Of a DNA stretch of 39,410 nt, positions 10,030 through 19,736 are shown in pieces. The DNA comes from Terriglobales bacterium (lineage in GTDB: Bacteria > Acidobacteriota > Terriglobia > Terriglobales > Acidobacteriaceae), in contig DATGGJ010000099.1 of NCBI GenBank assembly GCA_035308585.1, positions 1-39,410 of the forward strand, given 5' to 3'. Both the position numbers and the translations under genes were made by a program. The notes below the pieces were generated by a model, which had not been told where the DNA came from, searched no databases, and saw only the letters and a program-made list of their open reading frames with translations. Within the stretch, counting starts at the first letter, position 1. Each line of letters begins with the position of its first letter.

Positions 10030-10881
10030 ATGTCTTTTATTCCCACTCCTGATTTTGAAGAATACAAAGAACGCTTCAAAGAACACTACAAACTGGAGCG
10101 CCGCGACGATGGCGTCATCCTGGTGCAGGCGCATACCCGCGGAGGCCCCATACAGTTGAGCGTTGAGAACCACCGTTCCCTGGGGCAACTGCTCAAGACC
10201 ATCGGCGCCGATCCCAAGAACGAAATCATGATCCTGACCGGGTCTGGCGAGGAATTCATGATGGATTCCGATAGGGACGGGTTCAAGCTGGAGCAGGAGG
10301 ACCTGGCTTACTGGGCCTATGAGTACGCCTATAAGGATGGCCGCATCAACGTGAGCGCGCTTATCAACGATCTGGAAATTCCTACCATCGGTGTTCTGAA
10401 CGGTCCCGGATTTCACACTGAGATTTGCCTGATGTGCGACCTGACCATCTGCAGCGAAGACGCCATCATCTACGACCTGCACTACGACATTGGCTCCGTG
10501 CCCGGCGACGGCATCCACTGCTGCTTCCAGGAACTGCTGGGGGTGAAGCGCGCCGCATATGCGCTGCTGACCGGTGAGGCGATTGACGCCAAGAAGGCGC
10601 TGGAGTATGGAATGGTGAACGAAGTTGTGCCGCGGGCCAAACTCCTGCAGCGCGCCTGGCAACTGGCCGACCACATCATGACCCAGCCCCGAACCACCCG
10701 GCGGCTAACCACCCAGATCGTACGGCGTCCCTGGCGGCAGCGGATCACCAATGATCTGGACGGTGGCTTTGGCATCCAGATGTTCGGACACCTGGCCAAA
10801 AAGAAAGCGGTGCACAGCCGCAACCACATCGGCGACACGGTGGCCTACGTGCGCAAAGGGAAGAAGAACAATTTCGACTAA
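10030..10881 (+). CDS. Enoyl-CoA hydratase/isomerase (crotonase) superfamily protein
   Basis: The start is ATG 10030 (MSFIPTPDFEEY). IMILTGSGEEF...TIGVLNGPGF-HTE...LLTGEAIDAKKALEYGMVNEVV is the crotonase fold pattern. Confidence 0.78.
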   Translation: MSFIPTPDFEEYKERFKEHYKLERRDDGVILVQAHTRGGPIQLSVENHRSLGQLLKTIGADPKNEIMILTGSGEEFMMDSDRDGFKLEQEDLAYWAYEYAYKDGRINVSALINDLEIPTIGVLNGPGFHTEICLMCDLTICSEDAIIYDLHYDIGSVPGDGIHCCFQELLGVKRAAYALLTGEAIDAKKALEYGMVNEVVPRAKLLQRAWQLADHIMTQPRTTRRLTTQIVRRPWRQRITNDLDGGFGIQMFGHLAKKKAVHSRNHIGDTVAYVRKGKKNNFD

Positions 10882-10890
10882 ACGCGTTTT

Positions 10891-11020
10891 ACCGCCGAGC
10901 ACGCCGAAATCGCGGAGGCAAATCTTTCAACGCCGAGACGCAGAGTACGCCGAGAGGTTTTGATTTAGCAGATGTGGCTTTTCTAGATGTCGTTTTCCGC
11001 GACCTCGGCGTCTCGCCGGT
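10891..11020. repeat. Cluster of CGCCGAG-type short repeats with an inverted copy
   Basis: accgccgagcacgccga is at 10891-10907 and aacgccgagacgcagagtacgccgagagg is at 10929-10957. The inverted cctcggcgtctcgccggt is at 11003-11020. The cluster fills the convergent spacer between the crotonase and the M28 peptidase. Confidence 0.55.
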
Positions 11021-11030
11021 AGATTAAGAA

Positions 11031-12593
11031 TTAATTTCCGCCCGTCTTTGCCTTATCCGGGCTCGCGCCCATATCCCCAAATGGCCACATCCCGAACATT
11101 TTCAGGATCGTGTCTTCATGCTTTTTGGTCAGCATGGCGGCGGTCTGCTGTGGCGACCAGGGACTGGCCAGCCGTTCTGGACGGTCGGCGATCCAGAAGG
11201 CGGTGAGCGCCATCAGCGTGCTGTCGCGGGTGAGCAGGTCGGGTTTCACCTTGTCGAAGGTGTCCACGGCTGAGTGGTGGGTATATTTATATTCCGGGGA
11301 ATCCTGGCCCATATTGATGCCCGGTAGCCCTTGCAGGATGAAGGGCCCGGCGTCGGTGCCGAACACGGTGCGGTCGTCCACCTTGACATCGCCAAACGCC
11401 TTTACCGAATCGGCGAACTTCCTGACGGCGGCAATCAGGTCATCGCGGCCGCCCAGATTCAGGCTGACCACCGGTCCCTGGCCGTTATCCAGAATCACCG
11501 CACCCACGTGGTTCTTCATCTCGTCCTTGTGCCTTTTGGTGTAGGCCAGAGAGCCCAGTAGGCCCTGTTCTTCGCCGGTAAACAAGACGAAGCGCATGGT
11601 GCGGCGGGGCCGCTGCCCCGATTTGATAATGGCCTCGGCGGCGCCCAGCGTGGTGGCCACGCCCACGCCGTCATCGGTAGAGCCTTCTGCCAGGTCCCAC
11701 GAGTCCAGATGGCCGCCAATTACCACGACCTGCTCGGGGTGCTCCGTGCCGGGAATCTCGCCCACCACGTTGGCGCTTTCCACCGGACCGCTGACCCGGT
11801 TTTGCACATTGAGCTTCAGGCGCACGGTTTTGCCATGATCGAGGAAGCGCTCCAGTTGTTCCTGGTCCTCGGCGATCATGCTGACCACCGGGATGTCATA
11901 GTAGGAATCGAAGCCCAGCGCTCCGGTGTGGGTCAGGTGCATGCCGGCAGCCGTCGAACCCCCTTGCCCGCCGATCACACCCACGGCGTGAGCGGCATAA
12001 GCGGCCTTCAGGAAGGGCCCGAATTTTCCAAACATCTTCATCATCTCTTCCCGGCTTGGCTTATCGCCCTTTTGCACGATCATCAGAATCTTGCCCGCCC
12101 ACTTGCCGCTGTTGTCCTTCATCTCCTGGTCAAGCTGATACATATTGACCGGCACCACCTCGCCTTCCACGCCCCCTTCAGGTGTGGAGCCGACCCAGCC
12201 CATGGAATCCACGCTCAGTTGCCTCTGGATGGGAGCGGTGAGTTCGGCGCTGGCGGAAATGCGGGTCCAGCCATGGGACAGCTGCCATTTTTCCGCGTGC
12301 ACGCTGCTCAGCCCGATGGCGCGCATGCGTGCCTGCCCCCATTCGATGGCCTTGGCCGCCTGGGGCGAGCCGGTCAGGCGCCCGCCTATGTTGTCGCTCA
12401 GGTCCTCCAGTTCGTCGTAGGCATGGGTGTTCATCATGCCTTCACCGGCAATGGCGGTCAGGGCCGGCATGGTGCCGTCCTCAGCAGGAGACGGCGGCGC
12501 CGCCGGCGCGGTGCTGGGCCCAGAGGCGCACAGCGCCAGACCGGGAACCAGGCAGAGGACTAGGGCAACAGTCAGGCTAAGAAAAGTTTTCAT
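11031..12593 (-). CDS. M28-family aminopeptidase with PA domain, secreted
   Basis: The true start is ATG 12593 (MKTFLSLTVALVLCLVPGLALCA signal peptide), with GGAGAC upstream. GGHLDSWDLAEGSTDDGVGVA and FVLFTGEEQGLLGS are M28 metal-ligand motifs. The track ORF extension to 13385 is antisense to the next gene. Confidence 0.85.
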   Translation of the reverse strand: MKTFLSLTVALVLCLVPGLALCASGPSTAPAAPPSPAEDGTMPALTAIAGEGMMNTHAYDELEDLSDNIGGRLTGSPQAAKAIEWGQARMRAIGLSSVHAEKWQLSHGWTRISASAELTAPIQRQLSVDSMGWVGSTPEGGVEGEVVPVNMYQLDQEMKDNSGKWAGKILMIVQKGDKPSREEMMKMFGKFGPFLKAAYAAHAVGVIGGQGGSTAAGMHLTHTGALGFDSYYDIPVVSMIAEDQEQLERFLDHGKTVRLKLNVQNRVSGPVESANVVGEIPGTEHPEQVVVIGGHLDSWDLAEGSTDDGVGVATTLGAAEAIIKSGQRPRRTMRFVLFTGEEQGLLGSLAYTKRHKDEMKNHVGAVILDNGQGPVVSLNLGGRDDLIAAVRKFADSVKAFGDVKVDDRTVFGTDAGPFILQGLPGINMGQDSPEYKYTHHSAVDTFDKVKPDLLTRDSTLMALTAFWIADRPERLASPWSPQQTAAMLTKKHEDTILKMFGMWPFGDMGASPDKAKTGGN

Positions 12594-12743
12594 GGCTTGT
12601 CTCCGACGTTCCAAGGGCTGAATGCTGACGGCTGATTGCTGGGCGCTTCTTTTTCGTCCGCCTATTGTACTCGACTCCATTTTCCTAGCCCTGGCGGCCA
12701 GCAGCCCGCATCTAACCAGCGCAGAATCCCTGGAAGCGAGATA

Positions 12744-13793
12744 ATGCTGGATATGCGGAGATGGTTCTCCATCGCGGCAGCCGCCCTGCTCGCCCTTGCC
12801 CTGTTCCCGCAAGGGCAGGCGCAGGAACTGGCCAAGCGGCTCATCCTGAAAGACGGCTCCTACCAGGCGGTCACCAAGTGGGAAATTAAAGGAGACCGCG
12901 TGCGCTACTACAGCGCCGAGCGCAACGATTGGGAGGAGATGCCCAACTCGCTGGTGGACTGGAACGCCACCAACAAATACAACCAGGCCCGGGAGTCGGG
13001 CGCGCCACCGCCGGAAATCCAGCAGCAGCTGGACCAGGAGCTCAAAACCGAAACCGCCGATGAGGCTCCCACCCCACAGGCGGCTCCCGGCCTTAATCTG
13101 CCCGACTTCGAAGGTGTTTTCGTGCTCGATGCCTACCAGGGGCAGCCTCAGTTGCTGGAGTTGCAGCAGGACGCTGGCGACCTGAACAAGAACATCAAGC
13201 GCAATGTTCTGACCTCCGCCATCAATCCCCTGGCATCGGCGAAGCAATCCATTGAGCTGCCCGGCGAGCACGCTCCGGTGCAGATCCACCAGGGCCGGCC
13301 GGCGATCTTTATAAACATGTCGCCCGACCAGCCGGCGGACGCCACCCTGCAGCAGAAAACGCGGGAAGCCGAGCAGGCAGCGCAATCAAAGGAAACAAGC
13401 AAGGCCAAAAAAGACAAAAGGGACAAGGACACAGCCGCGGACGCCGCTCAGTCCTATCGCCTGGTGCGCCTGGAGCCCAAGAAGGGCAAGAGAGTTCTAG
13501 GGAACCTGAAAATTGCGGTTTACGGCAAAGTTACCCAGGAGCAGAAGTTCGTGCCCTCATCCTTCGAGCGCCTCACGGGCAATTGGATTAAGGTGACCCC
13601 CAGTACGGACCTGCAGGCGGGCGAATACGCGGTGGTGGAAATGCTCAATCCCAAGGAAATGAACCTCTATGTCTGGGATTTTGGGGTAAATCCTAACGCT
13701 CCCGCCAACCCGTTGGCCTGGAAACCGGCGCCCACAGCCCCCAAGCCCGCCAGCAATCAGCCTCCGGTTCTGCAGCCGCGGCCTAAAAATTAA
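12744..13793 (+). CDS. Hypothetical secreted protein
   Basis: The start is at MLDMRRWFSIAAAALLALALFPQGQAQ (signal peptide). It has a central Lys/Asp/Gln-rich low-complexity stretch and a Pro-rich tail. No family was recognised. Confidence 0.6.
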   Translation: MLDMRRWFSIAAAALLALALFPQGQAQELAKRLILKDGSYQAVTKWEIKGDRVRYYSAERNDWEEMPNSLVDWNATNKYNQARESGAPPPEIQQQLDQELKTETADEAPTPQAAPGLNLPDFEGVFVLDAYQGQPQLLELQQDAGDLNKNIKRNVLTSAINPLASAKQSIELPGEHAPVQIHQGRPAIFINMSPDQPADATLQQKTREAEQAAQSKETSKAKKDKRDKDTAADAAQSYRLVRLEPKKGKRVLGNLKIAVYGKVTQEQKFVPSSFERLTGNWIKVTPSTDLQAGEYAVVEMLNPKEMNLYVWDFGVNPNAPANPLAWKPAPTAPKPASNQPPVLQPRPKN

Positions 13794-13946
13794 AGAACAT
13801 TATCGCTTCCGCACCGCGCCTGGCGCCGAATTCATGCTAGACTGCCTTAACTTTTTTGCCGGATCTGTACCCTTCGATCCTAAACCGCTCCGCTTGATTC
13901 ACCTACGGGTGGCTGTTCGCCATCCCGCTCAGCCTTGGAGGTGAGC

Positions 13947-14117
13947 GTGAACATCCAGCTGATCGCTGAATTGATTGCCGGAAGTATCGTCCTGGTCTCC
14001 TTAGCAGTTGCGGGGAAGGCTCTCGTCTCACTGGTCCGAATGAATCGAGCGGCGAAGCGCAAGGCCGCTTTGGAAGCCATGCCCCCCTCCGAGGAGCCGT
14101 TGCGGCGTGCCGGCTGA
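13947..14117 (+). CDS. Small single-pass membrane protein (hypothetical)
   Basis: GGAGGTGA lies 5 nt upstream of GTG 13947. The 56-aa product contains LIAELIAGSIVLVSLAVAGKALV (one TM helix). This is weak evidence only. Confidence 0.3.
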   Translation: MNIQLIAELIAGSIVLVSLAVAGKALVSLVRMNRAAKRKAALEAMPPSEEPLRRAG

Positions 14118-14292
14118 TGCCAACCGATGGCCGCACCCGTAACGACGCGGCTTCAATTTTGGGCAACCTTCTACTCTGGAATTTCCCTCTGATGCGCTAG
14201 GCTGCACGCCCAACGGGCCCTGCCAGTACGGTAAATCACCGGCCCGGTGGTAATCTCTCCCGGCACTTGGAATTCAAAAACGAGGAACTGTG

Positions 14293-15363
14293 ATGCGCTG
14301 CCACTTGCTCCTTTTGTGCTGTATCGCCACCCTTTGCTGTAGCTCCAACGCCGACCAGGTTACGCTCCACAATGGCGACCGTCTCACGGGAACGGTCCTC
14401 AAGTTCGATGGCAAGGAACTGATAATCAACACGGACTATGCCGGGCAGGTCACGGTCAAGTGGGCCGCCATCCAAGCCTTAAATTCCACAACCCCTTTGC
14501 ACCTGCTGATGAACGATGGCCGCACGCTCGCGGGCCAGGTTGTGACCACGCAGGGCGGGGAATGGAAGGTGCAGCAGCAGAATGGTGAAGCGGTGCCGGT
14601 TTCCAAGGCTGATGTTTCTCTGATCCGCGGCCAGACGGAGCAGGCGGCCTACGATGAAGCACAAAATCCAGGATGGCGGCAAAACTGGGAAGGCGGCGCC
14701 AATCTGGGTTTTGCGCTGACCCGAGGAAATAGCGCCAGCAAGAACCTGTCGCTGGGATTCAACGCCGACCGCAAGACGCTGCACGACAAAGTCACCCTGT
14801 ACGCCAACTCGGTGTATGCCACGAATGATTTGGCCGGGGCCATTCCCAGCACGACGGCCAATGCCATCTTGGGCGGAGCCAGGTACGATCACGACCTCGA
14901 CTCGCGCTGGTTCGCCTTTGGGGGCGCCGACTTCGCCACTGACGATCTGCAAAACCTGGATTTACGTTCGGTCCTGGGCGGCGGCCTTGGCCTGCACCTG
15001 ATCAACGACCCGGCGACAACTCTGGACCTGCGTTCCGGCCTGAATTACACGCGCGAGGTGTACACCGCTTTCACGCGCAATTTTCCTGCCGCCATTCTGG
15101 CCGAGGAGTTAACCCATAAGCTGGGAGCGAGCACCCTGCTTTCGCAGAAATTGGGTTTCTTCCCCGATCTGACCAGCCTGGGCGAATACCGCGGCACCTT
15201 CGATTTCGGCACCGTGACCAAGATCAGCAAATGGCTGGGATGGCAGAGCTCAATCAGCGATGTCTACGTGACCAACCCGCCGCTGGGAAAAAAGAAGAAC
15301 GACCTGATTCTCACTACCGGTCTCAACATATCGTTCACGCGACCCTCAGAGGCAGGTAAATAA
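14293..15363 (+). CDS. DUF481-family outer-membrane beta-barrel protein (YdiY-like)
   Basis: GAGGAA is upstream of ATG 14293, and a signal peptide is present. WEGGANLGFALTRGNSASKNLSLGFNADRKT plus alternating beta-strand periodicity is characteristic of DUF481. Confidence 0.8.
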   Translation: MRCHLLLLCCIATLCCSSNADQVTLHNGDRLTGTVLKFDGKELIINTDYAGQVTVKWAAIQALNSTTPLHLLMNDGRTLAGQVVTTQGGEWKVQQQNGEAVPVSKADVSLIRGQTEQAAYDEAQNPGWRQNWEGGANLGFALTRGNSASKNLSLGFNADRKTLHDKVTLYANSVYATNDLAGAIPSTTANAILGGARYDHDLDSRWFAFGGADFATDDLQNLDLRSVLGGGLGLHLINDPATTLDLRSGLNYTREVYTAFTRNFPAAILAEELTHKLGASTLLSQKLGFFPDLTSLGEYRGTFDFGTVTKISKWLGWQSSISDVYVTNPPLGKKKNDLILTTGLNISFTRPSEAGK

Positions 15364-15474
15364 CGGTCGCGGGAAAGGTCACCGTCAACGGACCGGCCAA
15401 CCCCCGGTGCAACATTCTCTTTCCGTTGCGCGGCTGATAACTGGCAACTGAGAGGAGACCACTAGCCAACTGAC

Positions 15475-16527
15475 TTATTTCACCAGTCCGCGCTGGGCCA
15501 CGCTGATGTTATCGCGGGTGGTGTTCTTCACTGCGTACATCATCTCGTCGGCCTGGCGGATGATGTCATGCGCGGTTTGCGCGTCGGCGGGGAAGGTCGC
15601 CAGCCCCATGCTGGCGCGCACATTCAGGTTCAGTCCTTCGGGAGCGCAGAAGGCGCTGGTGCGGAACAGGTCGCGCAACCGCTTGGCCACGATCAGCGCC
15701 TGGTCCTTGCCGGTCTGCGGCAGCAGCACCACGAACTCGTCTCCCCCGTAGCGGAAGGCGGAATCAATCAGGCGCAGGTTTTCCTTGATGGCGTTGCCTA
15801 CCTCGGCCAGCAGTTTGCTTCCCACCAGGTGCCCGTGGGTGTCGTTCACCTGCTTGAAGTGGTCCAGGTCAATAAATAGCACCGTGAACTCATGTCCGAA
15901 GCGCGCCGAGCGGTAAACCTCGGCGTCCAGCATCTGGTAAAGATGGCGAGCATTGAACAGGCCGGTGCAGTCATCGGTGATGGTGAGTTCCTGGATTTTC
16001 TCCACCGACTTGGCATTGTCAATGGCGATGGCGGCGTAATCGCACAGGGCCTGCAGGAAAAAGAGTTCGTTCTCGCCAAAACCCTCCATGTTGACATTAA
16101 TCAACTGGATAACAGCCAGAACGCGATGCTTGGAGCGCAGCGGGAGGCAGATGATGGAGCGCGTCTCCCACTTGGTCATTTCGTCCACCCGGCGGGCGAA
16201 GCGCTGGTCGTTGTAAACATCGGGTACCACCAAGCCCTCGCCATGGCGGGCGACCCAGCCGGCTATCCCTTCGCCAACTTTAAGTCTCATGTCTTTAAGA
16301 CTTTGCGCGGCATCGCCCACGGCTATGGCGAAATACAATTCGTCCCGTTCCTCGTCTACCATGAGCAGGGACCAGGTATCGGGGCGGAAGTATTCCGCCA
16401 TCTTTTCCATAATGGTCTGGAGGATGGAATCCAGGTCCAACGACGAGGTCAGGGCTTTAGCCACATCGTGGAAAATACTGAGTTCCTGGAGGTAGCGCTT
16501 CCGCTCGGTGCCCGTGGCCTCGGTCAT
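15475..16527 (-). CDS. GAF-domain diguanylate cyclase (GGDEF) with RxxD I-site
   Basis: The start is ATG 16527 (MTEATGT), with AAGGAAG upstream. There is an N-terminal GAF-like region. The active site is RYGGDEFVVLLP, and RLID lies five residues upstream (I-site spacing). Confidence 0.9.
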   Translation of the reverse strand: MTEATGTERKRYLQELSIFHDVAKALTSSLDLDSILQTIMEKMAEYFRPDTWSLLMVDEERDELYFAIAVGDAAQSLKDMRLKVGEGIAGWVARHGEGLVVPDVYNDQRFARRVDEMTKWETRSIICLPLRSKHRVLAVIQLINVNMEGFGENELFFLQALCDYAAIAIDNAKSVEKIQELTITDDCTGLFNARHLYQMLDAEVYRSARFGHEFTVLFIDLDHFKQVNDTHGHLVGSKLLAEVGNAIKENLRLIDSAFRYGGDEFVVLLPQTGKDQALIVAKRLRDLFRTSAFCAPEGLNLNVRASMGLATFPADAQTAHDIIRQADEMMYAVKNTTRDNISVAQRGLVK

Positions 16528-16802
16528 CACAGCTTCCTTAAAAGCTTGCAAAGGGGGTGCGCGTATTATAGGCAGCGCTCTTGCGCGGGGGCAACAAACC
16601 TTTGTAACCCCGGCATCCCGGGCGGCAATTCTTTCCCGGCAACGCTGGATTCCGTGCCCCTCGATGGCCAAATGGGCCCATCCGCTGAAGGTGCCATTGC
16701 CCCGTGTCCGGGCGCTCTGCTACCCTCAATCAGCCTGTTTTTTCCAGGCCCGCCGTTGGGGTGATAACTCCATCAATACCCAGCTGATAAGGAGATTCTG
16801 AC

Positions 16803-17993
16803 GTGTCTTCTCGAAAGCGTTACCTGTTTACCTCGGAATCGGTCACCGAGGGGCATCCGGACAAAATTGCCGACCAGATATCCGATGCCATCCTGGATGC
16901 CTGCCTGGCCGAGGACGCTTACAGTCGCGTGGCCTGTGAGACGTTGGTGACCACCGGCCTGGCGTTCATTGCCGGTGAAATTACCACCAATGCCTATGTG
17001 GACTTTCCCGCCATCGTGCGCGGCACGGTGAGCGCCGTGGGCTATACCGACGCGACCTACGGCTACGATTGCAATACTTGCGCGGTCATCTCCTCCATCC
17101 ATGAGCAGTCCCCCGACATTGCCCAGGGGGTTGACCCGGGCGGCGCCGGCGACCAGGGCATGATGTTCGGCTATGCCACCAACGAAAATGAGCAGCTTAT
17201 GCCCACGCCCATCATGCTGGCCCATAAGCTCACGCAACGCCTGTCCGAGGTGCGCAAAAGCGGCGAACTGGAATGGCTGCGGCCGGATGGCAAATCGCAG
17301 GTCACCGTCGAATATGACGAAAACCATAAGCCCATGCGGGTGGACGCCGTGGTCATCTCCACCCAGCACTCCGAACTGGTGGACAATCAGAAGATCCGCA
17401 CCGACGTTCTCAAACACGTCATCCAGGCCGTGATTCCCAGCCATATGCTCGACGCCGATACCAAGTACCACATCAATCCCACCGGACGCTTCGTGGTGGG
17501 CGGTCCTATGGGCGACACCGGCCTGACCGGACGCAAGATTATTGTGGATACATACGGTGGCATGGGGCGCCACGGCGGTGGTTGCTTCAGCGGCAAGGAC
17601 CCGACCAAGGTGGACCGCTCCGCCTGCTACATGGCGCGTTACGTGGCCAAGAACGTGGTAGCGGCCGGCCTGGCTGACCGCTGCGAAGTGCAGGTGGCTT
17701 ATGCCATCGGCGTGGCCGAACCGGTCAGCGTGCTGGTGGATACTTTCGGCACCGGCAAGGCGGGTGCGGAAAAGCTGCAGGAACTGGTACGCGCCCATTT
17801 CGACCTGACCCCTAAGGGCATTATCACTTCGCTCAATCTGCGCCGTCCCATCTTCAAGAAGACGGCGGCTTATGGGCACTTCGGGCGGCCCGATCCTGAT
17901 TTCACCTGGGAACGTACGGATAAAGCGGCCAAGCTGCGCAGCGATGCCGGTGTAGGCGAAGTTCGTGAACCCGTTCACGCGGCAAGAAAATAG
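16803..17993 (+). CDS. metK: S-adenosylmethionine synthase
   Basis: GTG start with AAGGAG 8 nt upstream. [26 protein letters not shown]...[16 protein letters not shown]-like motifs show a full-length MetK. Confidence 0.97.
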   Translation: MSSRKRYLFTSESVTEGHPDKIADQISDAILDACLAEDAYSRVACETLVTTGLAFIAGEITTNAYVDFPAIVRGTVSAVGYTDATYGYDCNTCAVISSIHEQSPDIAQGVDPGGAGDQGMMFGYATNENEQLMPTPIMLAHKLTQRLSEVRKSGELEWLRPDGKSQVTVEYDENHKPMRVDAVVISTQHSELVDNQKIRTDVLKHVIQAVIPSHMLDADTKYHINPTGRFVVGGPMGDTGLTGRKIIVDTYGGMGRHGGGCFSGKDPTKVDRSACYMARYVAKNVVAAGLADRCEVQVAYAIGVAEPVSVLVDTFGTGKAGAEKLQELVRAHFDLTPKGIITSLNLRRPIFKKTAAYGHFGRPDPDFTWERTDKAAKLRSDAGVGEVREPVHAARK

Positions 17994-18011
17994 AATTGCA
18001 GGAAAGGCGTT

Positions 18012-18035
18012 AGGGGCGCGCTGCAGCGCGCCCCT
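18012..18035 (+). terminator. GC-rich stem-loop between metK and ahcY (AGGGGCGCGC-TGCA-GCGCGCCCCT), no U tract
   Basis: A perfect 10-bp stem was read directly. It lacks a poly-U tail, so it may be a partial terminator or an RNA-stability element. Confidence 0.45.
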
Positions 18036-18126
18036 TCTCATCCCCCCGGCTTTCCTTTATTCTGATGGGCAGGACGCTTTTGCGGGCAAGGTTGCGCCCA
18101 CCGGTGCCTACCAGGTTCAGATCTAA

Positions 18127-19428
<1,302 letters not shown>

Positions 19429-19430
19429 AG

Positions 19431-19452
19431 GCGGGAGTCAGGAGTCGGGAGT
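19431..19452. repeat. GGAGTCAG-type short repeat after the ahcY stop
   Basis: gcgggagtcaggagtcgggagt lies directly between the ahcY stop and its terminator. Confidence 0.45.
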
Positions 19453-19457
19453 TAACG

Positions 19458-19487
19458 AAGGGCGGCGTAAGCCGCCCTTTTCTTTTC
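19458..19487 (+). terminator. Rho-independent terminator after ahcY
   Basis: GGGCGGC-GTAA-GCCGCCC is followed by TTTTCTTTT. Confidence 0.75.
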
Positions 19488-19736
19488 CGGGACTTCAGTA
19501 ACTCCTAAGCGAATTCCCGGCCAACGAGCCGAAGAACCCCTGTTCACATCCTCCCATCTGTTCCGTGGAGTTCTGCCATTCCTTTGTGATCTTGATTTCG
19601 GTGGAGACCCCCTCGATAGGCGTGGCTCAACCGTCCGAAAGAGGTATTTCGACTCGGGCATTCGCCCTCGCTCAATATGACAGGAGTTAGAGGTTAATGA
19701 ACGTTGCCCAGCGGGTTAGGGGCTTGCTCGGTTTTC

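Noticed and set aside
9298-10674. 458-aa minus-strand ORF. Similar long antisense ORFs occur at 122..715, 16773..18041, 18136..19212, 21909..23243, 25525..27093, 28945..30213 and 36966..38960.
   Set aside because: Each lies antisense to a gene with strong, recognisable family motifs (transketolase/crotonase, metK, ahcY, CoA ligase, CoxL, TonB receptor, histidine kinase). Their translations are Arg/Gly/Ala/His-rich with no motifs. This is the typical stop-codon-poor antisense frame of high-GC DNA.
11031-13385. 784-aa ORF suggesting a much longer M28 peptidase
   Set aside because: The upstream 264 codons are antisense to the secreted hypothetical gene at 12744..13793 and look non-protein-like. 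An internal ATG at 12593 has an RBS and a clean signal peptide.
16528-16802. Possible SAM riboswitch in the metK leader, and possible SAH riboswitch upstream of ahcY at 18044-18150
   Set aside because: I could not find the conserved SAM-I core strings (for example the GGNGGAGGGA / GCAACC segments) or the SAH core (GAGGAGCGCUGC ... AACGGCGCUC) by eye. A CM scan is needed for certainty.
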